A stretch of 64,000 bases of DNA from an uncultured delta proteobacterium (GTDB taxonomy: Bacteria > Myxococcota > Kuafuiibacteriia > Kuafuiibacteriales > Kuafuiibacteriaceae): NCBI GenBank assembly GCA_963803435.1, contig CAWDML010000001.1, positions 1,568,001-1,632,000 of the forward strand, in the 5' to 3' direction. Positions 10,578 to 19,714 of the stretch are shown piece by piece. The notes below the pieces were generated by a model. The model searched no databases, had not been told where the DNA came from, and was given only the letters and a program-made list of their open reading frames with translations. The translations under genes were made by a program, and so were the position numbers. The first letter of the stretch is position 1; each line of letters begins with the position of its first letter.

Positions 10578-10651
10578 TGCTCCCGACAGGACTCGAACCT
10601 GTGGCCTACGGTTTAGGAAACCGTCGCTCTATCCAGCTGAGCTACGGGAGC
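10578..10651 (-). tRNA. tRNA-Arg(CCT), CCA not encoded
   Basis: Cloverleaf: acceptor GCTCCCG/CGGGAGC, anticodon arm ACGGT-TTCCTAA-ACCGT, T arm ACAGG-TTCGAGT-CCTGT. Confidence 0.95.
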
Positions 10652-10666
10652 ACACCCCCGGGTTCG

Positions 10667-10695
10667 TAAGTAGCCCGGGCCGAAAGTGCTGTCAA
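10667..10695 (-). promoter_or_regulatory. Candidate sigma70 promoter for tRNA-Arg and downstream genes
   Basis: TTGACA (10690-10695, minus strand), 17-nt spacer, then TACTTA, 15 nt upstream of the tRNA; the -10 is imperfect. Confidence 0.55.
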
Positions 10696-10723
10696 TACCA
10701 CCACATAGGACCGGTCCTCGTAA

Positions 10724-11452
10724 TCATGGTAGCAGCACCCGGGGATTCACTACTTTTTGACCCTGTCGCACCTCAAAGTGCACCTCGGGAGAGGCGGATC
10801 CGCCGGAAATTCCAACGAGTCCCACCACATCCCCCGCCGCCACCCGGGTCCCCTCGGCGACGCAGTTCTTCGCGTTGTGGGCGTAGATCGAGACCCGATC
10901 GCCGTCGTGCTGGAGGATGACCAAGGTCCCATACCCTTCCTGCTCGCCGGCGAAGACGACGACCCCGGCCCGCGCCGCCCAGATCGGCGTCCCCTGCGGC
11001 GCCGCGATCTCGATCCCGTCCTTTCGCTCCACCACCACGCCGTCCACCGGCCAGATCCATCCGGACTTCGAAGGCTTTGCGTCCGCGCGAGGCGCGTCGC
11101 CACACGCCCCCACCGGCGGCGGCGCTGGATGCTCCAGCGGATCCTTCGTCGGCGGCGCGTCGGCGGCCGACCGCGCCAGGTCCTCGGTGGGCACGCGCGC
11201 GTCCGAGGGGATCACGATCGTCTGACCGACGGCGATCTTTGTCGGATCGTCGAGATCATTCACCTTTGCGATCGCGTCCACCGTGACACCCCATCGCTGG
11301 GCGATCCGGTAGAGGTTCTCCTTCGGCTGGACGCGGTAGAAGCGCGGCGCCGGCGGCGGCGCACGCGGCGGCGCGGGCGGCGGCGGACCTGCGACCCGAT
11401 GCGGTCCGCACGACGCCACCAGCAGCACACCGAAGAGGAACGTGCTTCTCAC
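10724..11452 (-). CDS. LysM + M23 peptidase-like lipoprotein (NlpD-like)
   Basis: GTG start overlapping the surE stop, lipobox VASC, LysM (YRVQPKENLYRIA), M23 fold (WPVDG, YAHN, HFEVR). The HxxxD motif is degenerate (KDGIE). surE-nlpD synteny is well known. Confidence 0.88.
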   Translation of the reverse strand: MRSTFLFGVLLVASCGPHRVAGPPPPAPPRAPPPAPRFYRVQPKENLYRIAQRWGVTVDAIAKVNDLDDPTKIAVGQTIVIPSDARVPTEDLARSAADAPPTKDPLEHPAPPPVGACGDAPRADAKPSKSGWIWPVDGVVVERKDGIEIAAPQGTPIWAARAGVVVFAGEQEGYGTLVILQHDGDRVSIYAHNAKNCVAEGTRVAAGDVVGLVGISGGSASPEVHFEVRQGQKVVNPRVLLP

Positions 11453-12258
11453 TCGATCGGCCACAGCTCCAGATCGGCCGGCGGCGCGACGGTCTCCACC
11501 CGCTCCACGCCCGGCAGCTCGATCCGACCCAGCTCGTTCTTGAGCGCTCGGACGTTCGTCATGTCGACGATCAGCGGCGTCACCGAGATGATGCCGTCCG
11601 CGACCGCGTTGCAGTCGCTCCCGGGAATGTCGCGAGGCTCCGCCGGTTCCCCGCCAATCCAGTAGTAAGGCCGACCGCGGGGATCGCTCCGGCTCTCGAC
11701 CGAGTGCTTGAAGAGCCGGTGCCCGAGGAACGTCGTCTGGAAGCGCGTCGGCCGGCCTCCAGGGACGTTGATGTTCAGCGCGCTCGTCCCCGGCAGCCCG
11801 AACTCGAGGACGTGCCGGGCGATCCGCACGGTGAACTCGGCCGCCAGCTCGAAGCTCCCGCTGCCCGGATCGGTCAGCGACACCGCGATGGACGGAAGGC
11901 CGAGGAGCGTCCCCTCGAGCGCGCCCCCGACGGTGCCGGAGTAATGGACGTCGAAGCTGAGGTTCGGCCCTGCGTTGACCCCGGAGAGGACCAGGGCCGG
12001 GCGGCGCTCGAGGAGCCCATGGACCGCGAGGTACACGCAGTCGGCCGGGGTCCCCTCGGTCTGGAACCACCCCGGGCGAACCTCGGTGCACCGGAGCGGA
12101 GCCATCAGGCTGATCATGTGGGAGACACCCGAGCGATTGCGATCCGGAGCGAACACGACCACTTCGCCCAGATCGTGCGCCGCCTCTGCGAGCGCTTCGA
12201 TCCCGCGTGCGGTGACGCCATCGTCATTCGTCACCAGGATCAACGGGCGTTCGGCCAT
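11449..12258 (-). CDS. surE: 5'/3'-nucleotidase SurE
   Basis: ILVTNDDG, GTPADCV, SGVNAGPN and YSGTVGGA. Confidence 0.96.
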   Translation of the reverse strand: MAERPLILVTNDDGVTARGIEALAEAAHDLGEVVVFAPDRNRSGVSHMISLMAPLRCTEVRPGWFQTEGTPADCVYLAVHGLLERRPALVLSGVNAGPNLSFDVHYSGTVGGALEGTLLGLPSIAVSLTDPGSGSFELAAEFTVRIARHVLEFGLPGTSALNINVPGGRPTRFQTTFLGHRLFKHSVESRSDPRGRPYYWIGGEPAEPRDIPGSDCNAVADGIISVTPLIVDMTNVRALKNELGRIELPGVERVETVAPPADLELWPIE

Positions 12259-12316
12259 GCCGCGGACGTATCGCTCGCATCGGACAATGGCAAGCTGCTA
12301 ACTTCCCAGGACCCGC

Positions 12317-14188
12317 ATGAGGGGCGCGCTCGTTTCCTTGGTCGTGTTGTCGTCCGCCTGTACGGATCGGGGCACACCCGCCACGCTCCGCGCGCCCGGA
12401 ATCTTGCGCCGCGCCCTCACCGCGGTCGGCGAGCTCGAGGCCACCGCCGAGCTGGTCCCCGACGGCGGCGAGCCCGCCCCCGGCGTCCCGCTCGCGCGCG
12501 GTGACGACCAGATCTCCTTCACCGGATTCATCGACGCCGCACCGGGCACGTACACGCTCGAGATCGTGTTCACCGGCGTGGCCCGCGGCGGCAGCGACCG
12601 CCTGTTCCTCGGACGATGGCCCTCGGACACCTTCACGGTGACGCTGGGCGACACCGTCTCTCCGACGTTCTCGCGGCCCCTCGACACGATCGGCCGCCCG
12701 GGAGACGGCGGCGACACGGACGCCGACGGGCTCGGGCTCCTCGACGAGATCCTCTGGGGCGCCGATCCGACGGCCAGCGACAGCGACGGCGACGGCCTCC
12801 GGGACGGATCCGACTGCGACCCGATCGATCCGGCACGCACGTACCCGATCGCGGCCGGTGGATCGATCGAGGACTGCGACGCGGACGGCGCGCTGCGGAT
12901 GGACATCCCGTACAAGCCCGGCGGCACCGACTGCGACGACCGCGACCCCGCCAAGCAGACCTGCCCGATCGACGACCGCGAGGGTCCGTCGATCACGATC
13001 CTCGATCCCACGCCGGACGAGACCGTCGGCTGCCACCGGCGCATCCGCGCGCGCATCACCGATCCCTCGGGCGTGGACACGAAGGAGGCCCGCTTCGTCA
13101 GCGCCGGACTCTCGATCGAGGCGACGATCCCGATGCGCCCCGATCAGAACGACGAGTACATCACGAACCAGTTCGACCTCGTCACCGACTATTGGCTCGA
13201 GGACGGCCTGCAGCGCTATCAGGTCCGCGCCAGCGATCTGCGCGGCAACACCAGCACCGCCAGCGCCCAGCTGACCTTCGCCCTCGAGGTCCCCACCGTC
13301 ACGATGCAACCGGCGGCGATCGGCCGGCTCGATCTCCCGCTCGACGTGCGCATCGACGCGAGCGCCTCGCGCGGGATCGCCGAGATCGTCCTGATGCGTG
13401 CGCCCTGGATCGCCGGCATGGACGTGGATCGATCGCTCGAGGTCGAGATCGGACGCGCTCCCGCCAGCCCGGCCTCGATCCGGATCGATCCGACGATGAT
13501 CCCCGAGGGCCGCTACGCCGTCTACGCCATCGTCACGGACAGTGTGGGCAACAAGAACAAGCCGAGCGCGACCTTCGATCCCTCCGGAGGCGCCACCGAC
13601 GCCGACTTCCTCTGCATCTTCGACTCTGGCAGCGGCAACGTCCCCGTCCGCGAGCTGGTGATCGGCACGCCGATGATCCCGCCCGGCAAGGAGCCGGCCA
13701 GGATGAAGGACCACCTCGACGAGGCCATCGCGGAGGCCGCCGCGGTCGATCCGAACGCGCGCCTGGTCGAGATCCGCGGCTGGGGCATGGAGCCCGACGG
13801 CCGCATCCGCCTCGACGACGCGGTCGGCGGTGACGGCAAGTGGTGGCGCTACGAGTTCCTCGACGCCGCCGAGATGCGGCACGTCCAGGTGACCTGGTAC
13901 TCGGCGGCCTCGGACACCGACAACCCCGAGGTCGTCGTCGACGAGGGCTACGTCTTCACGCCCTCGCCCATCGCCGCCGATCCGCACGACCTGGTGGACA
14001 GCGACGTCGCCGCCGCCGCGTTCCTCGCCGCAGGATGCCCCGCGCTTGTCGGCGACATGAACGACGACATCCGCTACCTCAGCGATCTCCCGTTCACCTC
14101 CAACGACGTCATCCGGATCGCCGTCGGCGACACGGAGTGGAAGGCCACCTCGACCCTCCCGATCACCGAGATCTGGGCCTGCCCTTAG
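12317..14188 (+). CDS. Acidic secreted lipoprotein with putative Ca/metal-binding motifs and Ig-like regions
   Basis: Lipobox SSAC; DTDADGL, DSDGDGLRDGSDCDP and DCDDRDP motifs; GC-rich coding bias. Confidence 0.75.
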   Translation: MRGALVSLVVLSSACTDRGTPATLRAPGILRRALTAVGELEATAELVPDGGEPAPGVPLARGDDQISFTGFIDAAPGTYTLEIVFTGVARGGSDRLFLGRWPSDTFTVTLGDTVSPTFSRPLDTIGRPGDGGDTDADGLGLLDEILWGADPTASDSDGDGLRDGSDCDPIDPARTYPIAAGGSIEDCDADGALRMDIPYKPGGTDCDDRDPAKQTCPIDDREGPSITILDPTPDETVGCHRRIRARITDPSGVDTKEARFVSAGLSIEATIPMRPDQNDEYITNQFDLVTDYWLEDGLQRYQVRASDLRGNTSTASAQLTFALEVPTVTMQPAAIGRLDLPLDVRIDASASRGIAEIVLMRAPWIAGMDVDRSLEVEIGRAPASPASIRIDPTMIPEGRYAVYAIVTDSVGNKNKPSATFDPSGGATDADFLCIFDSGSGNVPVRELVIGTPMIPPGKEPARMKDHLDEAIAEAAAVDPNARLVEIRGWGMEPDGRIRLDDAVGGDGKWWRYEFLDAAEMRHVQVTWYSAASDTDNPEVVVDEGYVFTPSPIAADPHDLVDSDVAAAAFLAAGCPALVGDMNDDIRYLSDLPFTSNDVIRIAVGDTEWKATSTLPITEIWACP

Positions 14189-14386
14189 TACATATGGAAC
14201 GACCGCGCCCGGTCGCGAGGCCGGCGAAGGAGCACGGTCGTGCCACGGGTACAGCGGAAGTGCGAAAAGTCGCGGGCGCGAGTAGCGCAGAAGAAAAATA
14301 GGACCGGCCCCGGATCGCAAATCGGGCCTAAGCCATCGCGGGTTGGCGTCGGTGAACGCCAGAGCCGCATACGAAGGAGGCCGGTC

Positions 14387-15745
14387 GTGCAGCAAGTTAC
14401 CACGTTCGTCGGACTGGATACATCGAAGGAGTTCATCGACGTCTGCGTGCTTCGTCCGGATCGAGGGAGCGATCCAGTGGCGCGAGCCCAGCCAAGCCAA
14501 GGCGGTGAAGCGCCTGATCAAGCGGCTCAAGGGGGAGGCGGTGCTTGGGGACCTGGTGGTTTGCTACGAAGCGGGACCGTGCGGTTACGCGCTTCAGCGG
14601 CAGTTTCAGGCGGCGGAGGTGAGGTGCAAGGTCATCGCGCCATCGTTGATTCCGGTGAAACCGGGAGAACGGATCAAGACCGATCGTCGTGACGCCAAGA
14701 AGCTGGCTGAGTACCTGCGCGCCGGAACGTTGACGGAGGTCCATCCACCGAACGAGGCGGAGGAAGCCGTGCGAGATCTCTGTCGCTGTCGCGAAGACGT
14801 TCGCGAAGATCTCCATGGCGCGCGGCATCGTCTGGGGAAGTTGCTGTTGCGCCGAGCGCTCCAATTCGATGGCAAGGCGTGGACCCAGCGACATCGAAAG
14901 TGGCTTCGCACGCTTCGCTTCGAGCACGAGGCCGATCAGACGGTGTTCGACCACTACCTCCAGGTGATCGAGAGCTTCGAGGAACGGCAGCGCGCGCTGG
15001 AGGAGAAGCTGAAGACGCTGAGCGAGAAGGAGCCGTATCGAGAGCCGGTCGGCTGGCTGCGTTGCTACCGAGGGATCGACACGGTGACCGCCAGACCATT
15101 GTTGCCGAGCTGCACGGCGTCCAGCGGTTCCCGTCGGCGCGCGCGTTGATGTGCTATCTCGGTCTTGTGCCGGGTGAAGAGTCGACGGGAGGAAAGGCGC
15201 GCCGTCGAGGGATCACCAAGACCGGCAACCGTCATCTGCGGCGCCTGTTGATCGAGACGTCGTGGCACTACCGTCATCGACCCAGCGCGAGTCCGAAGCT
15301 ACGGAAGCGGCGCGAGAATCAACCGGCCTGGGCGATCGCGCAGGCGGATCGGGCGCAGGATAGGTTGCATCGGCGCTACTGGAAGCTGGTGAACCTGACC
15401 AAGCCGCATACGAAGGCGGTGGTCGCAGTCGCGCGCGAGCTCGCCGGCTTCATCTGGGCGACGCTCTGTCATTCCGAGACCGTCGAGCTGCGCGAACCGA
15501 GGCGCAAGAAGGGTGCGCCGATCGCGAGCGGAGCCGCCGTGCTCGAGGAGGCACGAAGCATGCCGCGTAGAGTGCCACGGTCGACCGGCTGGCCGACGGA
15601 GCGCTGTGCTCCTGGCGAAGGGGCTCCGGCGGGGCGACCCTTTTGGGGATGTCGCTCTTCCCGCCTCCGCCCTGAGGCGGCCAGCCTCTGCTTCGAGCAA
15701 TGCGAAGCGCGGAGCTCCGTTCGTTGGAGACGCCGCGCAAGCTAA
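14387..15745 (+). CDS. IS110 DEDD transposase/recombinase, frameshifted near 14462 and 15095
   Basis: RBS AAGGAGG then GTG; FVGLD, CYEAG and KTDRRDA (DEDD), then YLGLVPGEESTGG (catalytic Ser region), ITKTGN and AVARELAG, spread over three frames. Confidence 0.9.
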
Positions 15746-15766
15746 CCTGCAATCGAGAGAAGCAAC

Positions 15767-16000
15767 GACGGAGGTTTCAGAGGGCGAAGGAGGTCAACGG
15801 GTACGATCCGGAGGGTGCGCGACCTAACACTGCGACACGGGAGCCGTGCTCCCCGGACTCGCGAACTTAGACTGCGCTGCCTCCCGACGGAGTACGGTCA
15901 TGCTGGGCTCTGCTCGGGCGATGCTCGAGTAATCCGCGAATATCAGAGTGACTCGTCGTCGAAGCGCCCCCGATCTCGTTCGTCCTCTGGAGCCTCCGTC
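15767..16000 (+). ncRNA. Predicted IS110/IS1111 bridge/seek-type guide RNA
   Basis: 29-bp closing stem 15767-15795/15972-16000 with four G.U pairs and one mismatch. It encloses two stem-internal-loop units sharing CGCGAA-guide-AG-A. Confidence 0.75.
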
Positions 16001-16077
16001 CTCAGCAAGAAGAACGGAGCTCCGAACGTGACGTAGGAGCCTTGACAAGGGGTCGTTCCATATCAGCTAGACCCTTC

Positions 16078-17436
16078 TTAGCGGAGCCGATCGACCTCGG
16101 CCAGCGCGCGCTGAAGGTCGGGCCGCGGGCCGATGTGCTGTGACCTCGGCGCGCCCGGCGCGTCGGTCTGCGGCGAGCCGGTGCTCACCAGGATCCGGCG
16201 GACCTCCTCCGGCGCGAGAACGCGGCCCGTCGAGGCGCGGGCGGTGCTCTCCAGCAGGATCGCTGCTCCGGCCACCACCGGGGAGGCGCTCGACGTGCCT
16301 CCGAAGCTGTTCGTGTACTTCCGGGCGTTCGCGCCGCAGCTCTGGAGATCGCCGTAATCGAGCGTGGCGACCAGGAAGCCCCAGCCCTGAAGATCGACGC
16401 GGCTGCCGTAGTTGGAGAACGAGAGCCGCGATCGATCAGCGTACCCACCGCGCGCAGGTGCGCCGGCCCCGACGAGCAGCGCCCCCGAATCGCGCACCTT
16501 GCGGTCGAACTTTCCGCGATAGGCGGGATGATCGAGGTCCTCGTCGCCGTTGCCGGCCGCCGCCACCACCACGATGCCGCGAGCCGTCGCGATCTTCACC
16601 ACGTCGAAGACGTCGTCCCAGAACTCCATCGGAAGAAAGCGCCCGCGCGGGCCGATCGCGTGAAGCTCGATGAGGAGGACGTCGCCGGCCCGCAGCTTGG
16701 CCTGGGCGCGATCGATCGCCGGTGCGACTCCGATCCGGGCCAGGCTCGCCGTGTAGATCCGCTCGATGTCGGGGGCGATGCCGGCCATCCCGATGGCGTT
16801 GTCCTTCGCAGCCACCACGCCCACTACGGCGGTGCCGTGCGCCTCCCACCCGCGCTCGGTGAGCTTCTCCCCCGCGACGTGCTCCATCCGCACGCCGGGG
16901 AGATCCTCGTGCCTCTCGTTCCAGCCCCCCTCGACGTCGGCAAAGCGGATGCCCTGTCCTCTTCCGCCCGGACGCAGCCAGGCCGCCGGGGCGTTGATCC
17001 CCGCCGGCGCCTCCGCCAGGTAGAGCTGATACGGCGCGTACGACGGCGTCTGGATGGGACAGCCGCCGGGCGCGCTCGGCAGGCTCAAGGTCGCCGGCGC
17101 AATCAACGGCTCGAGGTACACGCTCTGGACCGCCGCGTCCTGCTCCATCGCCGCCAGCACCTCCGCGGCCTCGTGCGCCGGCACCACCACGCGCCACCAC
17201 TCGCTGAGATCCGGGAGCGCCGCATCACCGGAGCGCAGGCTGGCTTGCGCGCGGTCCGCGTCGAGGGCGGCCTGCGAACGATCGAAGAGCGGCCGGACGG
17301 TCGCCTCCGCGAAGATCGAGACGTCCGGTGCGCCCTGCCGCTTGACGTGGATGGCCCGGCGGAGCTCCCGGCCGCTGGGGAGGCACAGCAGGCTGGCGAA
17401 GAAGAGGGCGGCGAGGGTGAGGATCGGGCGGCGCAA
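16078..17436 (-). CDS. Secreted S8 (subtilisin-like) serine peptidase
   Basis: Triad contexts ADVEGG, HGTAVVG and GGTSSASP; oxyanion AAAGN; N-terminal hydrophobic signal. Confidence 0.92.
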   Translation of the reverse strand: MRRPILTLAALFFASLLCLPSGRELRRAIHVKRQGAPDVSIFAEATVRPLFDRSQAALDADRAQASLRSGDAALPDLSEWWRVVVPAHEAAEVLAAMEQDAAVQSVYLEPLIAPATLSLPSAPGGCPIQTPSYAPYQLYLAEAPAGINAPAAWLRPGGRGQGIRFADVEGGWNERHEDLPGVRMEHVAGEKLTERGWEAHGTAVVGVVAAKDNAIGMAGIAPDIERIYTASLARIGVAPAIDRAQAKLRAGDVLLIELHAIGPRGRFLPMEFWDDVFDVVKIATARGIVVVAAAGNGDEDLDHPAYRGKFDRKVRDSGALLVGAGAPARGGYADRSRLSFSNYGSRVDLQGWGFLVATLDYGDLQSCGANARKYTNSFGGTSSASPVVAGAAILLESTARASTGRVLAPEEVRRILVSTGSPQTDAPGAPRSQHIGPRPDLQRALAEVDRLR

Positions 17437-17473
17437 GCTCCAAGCTTACCTCCGCGGCATCTGCTATCAAATA

Positions 17474-17502
17474 TTGACAATAATTAACGGACAAGTTAAC
17501 TA
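17474..17502 (+). promoter_or_regulatory. sigma70 promoter overlapped by a palindromic operator (TTAAC-N6-GTTAA), probable ArsR site
   Basis: AT-rich patch with TTGACA 17474-79, 17-nt spacer, TAACTA 17497-502, and a palindrome at 17484-17499. Confidence 0.7.
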
Positions 17503-17509
17503 CCGGCCC

Positions 17510-17959
17510 ATGAAACCAACACCCCCGGGATGGCCCCGTATCTCCTCTTCGCTCTACTACGAGGACCCGAAGGCCGCGATCGCGTGGCTCGGCCGCGCGT
17601 TCGGGTTCGAGGTTCGACTGCTGGTCGAAGGCGACAACGGTACCGTCGAGCACTCCGAGCTCACGTTCGGCGACGGTCTGATCATGGTCAGCGGCCTGAA
17701 GCCCGACAAGTATTCCTACCGCAAGAGCCCCGCGCAGCTCGGCGGGAGCAACACCCAGAACATGATGGTGTACGTGGACGACGTGGAGGCGCACTGCCAG
17801 CGTGCGCGGGACGCCGGCGCGACCATCGTGACGGAGCCCGAGACCCACGACTACGGCGAGGACTACTGGGCCGACCGCGGCTACGAGTGTGTGGATGGCG
17901 GCGGACATCACTGGTGGTTCTTTCAACGCCTCCGCAACCCGGAGCCCAAACAGAAGTGA
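17510..17959 (+). CDS. VOC / glyoxalase-bleomycin-resistance family protein
   Basis: LYYEDPKAAIAWL..AFGF, HSELTFGDG, YVDDVEAH..RA..AGA. Confidence 0.88.
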   Translation: MKPTPPGWPRISSSLYYEDPKAAIAWLGRAFGFEVRLLVEGDNGTVEHSELTFGDGLIMVSGLKPDKYSYRKSPAQLGGSNTQNMMVYVDDVEAHCQRARDAGATIVTEPETHDYGEDYWADRGYECVDGGGHHWWFFQRLRNPEPKQK

Positions 17960-18300
17960 GCGACCTCGATCGAACGTTGGCCGCGCTCGCGGATCCGACC
18001 CGGAGAGGCGTAGTCGATCTGCTGCGGAGAAAGCCCCGCCGCGCGGGCGAGCTGGCGGCCGCGATGGAGATGACACCGCCAGCGATGAGCCGGCACCTGC
18101 GCGTCCTCAGGAGGAGCGGCCTCGTCGAGGAGGGCGCTGAGACCGAGGACGCGCGGGTCCGGATCTATCGCCTGCGTGCCGAGCCGTTCGCTGCGCTGCG
18201 CGGGTGGATCGAGGAGGTCGAGACGTTCTGGAGCGAAGAGCTCGCGTCCTTCAAGGAGCACGCCGAGCGTACGCGCGGCCGCAAGAAGGTCGAACGATGA
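17956..18300 (+). CDS. ArsR/SmtB-family transcriptional regulator
   Basis: GTGA overlap; ALADPTRR..VDLL...AGELA...SRHLRVL..SGLV. Confidence 0.9.
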   Translation: MSDLDRTLAALADPTRRGVVDLLRRKPRRAGELAAAMEMTPPAMSRHLRVLRRSGLVEEGAETEDARVRIYRLRAEPFAALRGWIEEVETFWSEELASFKEHAERTRGRKKVER

Positions 18301-18797
18301 CGGCGGCGCCGGCTGGCGACGCGGCACGGGTGAGCGTGTTCGTGCGGGTCGCGCCCGACGACGCCTTCGACGTGTTCACCCGCGAGATCGATCTCTGGTG
18401 GCGCACGGGTCCCAGGTATCGGATCGCGGGGAAGAAGCCCGGGCAGCTCTTCTTCGAGCCCAAGCTCGACGGCCGATTGTTCGAGACGGTCGAGCTGGGC
18501 GCCGGGCCGCGGACGTTCGAGGTCGGGCGCGTGACTCGCTGGGATCCGCCGTCGTCGATCGCGCTCGAGTGGCGGGGCGTGAACTTCAAGCCGGGCGAGA
18601 AGACCTTCGTCGAGGTCGCGTTCGAGCCGCAGGACGAAGGCACGCTCGTCACCGTCTTGCACCGAGGTTGGAGCGCGCTCCCCGAGGATCATCCGGCGCG
18701 CCACGGGCTCACCGGAGCTGACTTCAGCCGCATGATCGGGATGTGGTGGGGCGAGCTGATGACCTCGCTGCGCGAGCACGTCGCGTCGAGGAGCTGA
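18297..18797 (+). CDS. SRPBCC/AHSA1 (START-like) domain protein
   Basis: ATGA overlap; AFDVFT..IDLWW, GRV..WDPP, VEVAF...GTLVTVLHRGW. Confidence 0.85.
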   Translation: MTAAPAGDAARVSVFVRVAPDDAFDVFTREIDLWWRTGPRYRIAGKKPGQLFFEPKLDGRLFETVELGAGPRTFEVGRVTRWDPPSSIALEWRGVNFKPGEKTFVEVAFEPQDEGTLVTVLHRGWSALPEDHPARHGLTGADFSRMIGMWWGELMTSLREHVASRS

Positions 18798-18800
18798 GGT

Positions 18801-19649
18801 TCAGTCGCAGCCCGCGGGCTTGCCGACGCTCAGGCTCGACTCCAGGAGCCATCCGCGCTGCCCGGTCGGGTTGAAGCCCGGCTGCGTGGTCCGCGTCAGC
18901 TCCACGAAGGCCCAGCCGTGGGCGTGGTAAAGCTGGCGCACGCGATCGCAGCGGAAGGTCCAGCGCTTCGACGTGGAGAGCGGCGCGTATCTCAGGTGGC
19001 TGTCGACGACGTTCACCCAGCGAAGCACGTCGGTCCGGCTGCCGCCGCAGTCATGGTCGCCATCGTACTGGCTATTGACCGCCCGGCTCCAGCACCCGCC
19101 TCGCTTCCTCGTCTTGGTCTCGCGACAGCAGGTGGGCTCGCAGCCGAAGTCGGGGTTGCGCGACACCTGAAAGTCGGCCGAGGCCGGTCCATCCTGGCAA
19201 GTCCGCTTGCAGTCGTCGCCATCGTAGACCAGGTCCTCGTCGCGCACCCATCCGGTCAGCGCGCCCTGCCCTGCGTAGCCCCAGCGATAGGCGTGACCGC
19301 CGTGCGAGAGCGGCGGCCGGAGCGGGGGCGAGTCGATGCAAGTCGGATTGCGCGTCGTCTGGAGGTTGAAGGTCTTGCCGGCCGCCAGCGTGCCGAGGAC
19401 ATGTCCCTCGCTCTGCATGATGCTGGTGGCGCGAATGGTCCGATACGGGACCCACCCCACGTTCACCGCGGCCTTGGTGTACGCATCCGAAAGGCCGCCG
19501 CACGTCGGAGTGGCCGCCCGATACCGCGACGCCGCGCTGCAGACCGCGAGCGCGCTCTCGGCCGAGGCCTCATCGGCGTCGTTGCTTTGCCCGCCCTCCA
19601 TCCCGCATCCAACCGAGAGGAGGAGCCCCGCGACGAGACCTGCCCGCAT
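18801..19649 (-). CDS. Cys-rich lipoprotein with possible SH3b-like domains
   Basis: Lipobox SVGC; segments ending TGWVRDEDL and RGWLLESSL, and HLRYAP, resemble bacterial SH3. Confidence 0.65.
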   Translation of the reverse strand: MRAGLVAGLLLSVGCGMEGGQSNDADEASAESALAVCSAASRYRAATPTCGGLSDAYTKAAVNVGWVPYRTIRATSIMQSEGHVLGTLAAGKTFNLQTTRNPTCIDSPPLRPPLSHGGHAYRWGYAGQGALTGWVRDEDLVYDGDDCKRTCQDGPASADFQVSRNPDFGCEPTCCRETKTRKRGGCWSRAVNSQYDGDHDCGGSRTDVLRWVNVVDSHLRYAPLSTSKRWTFRCDRVRQLYHAHGWAFVELTRTTQPGFNPTGQRGWLLESSLSVGKPAGCD

Positions 19650-19714
19650 CCCCCAACGGGTACCAAGCCACGGGGCGGGCCAACATGGGTCGATGCTCGA
19701 TGTCGCCTGGAAAG

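Larger units (their letters stand above)
14189..16066 (+). mobile_element. IS110-family insertion sequence, IS1111-like (sub-terminal IRs, 3' non-coding region)
   Basis: Perfect 13-bp IRs ATATGGAACGACC (14192-14204) and GGTCGTTCCATAT (16051-16063). AG occurs at both junctions (14187-88, 16065-66). Outward-facing TTGACA at 16042-16047. Boundaries uncertain by a few nt. Confidence 0.9.

Noticed and set aside
10578-10651. tRNA-Arg as an integration site
   Set aside because: Flanked by housekeeping genes, with no duplicated 3' end or integrase seen.
12224-14530. Long antisense ORFs (also 30682..32937, 60199..62592, 42851..44638 and others)
   Set aside because: Shadow ORFs expected in high-GC DNA opposite real genes; no recognisable motifs.
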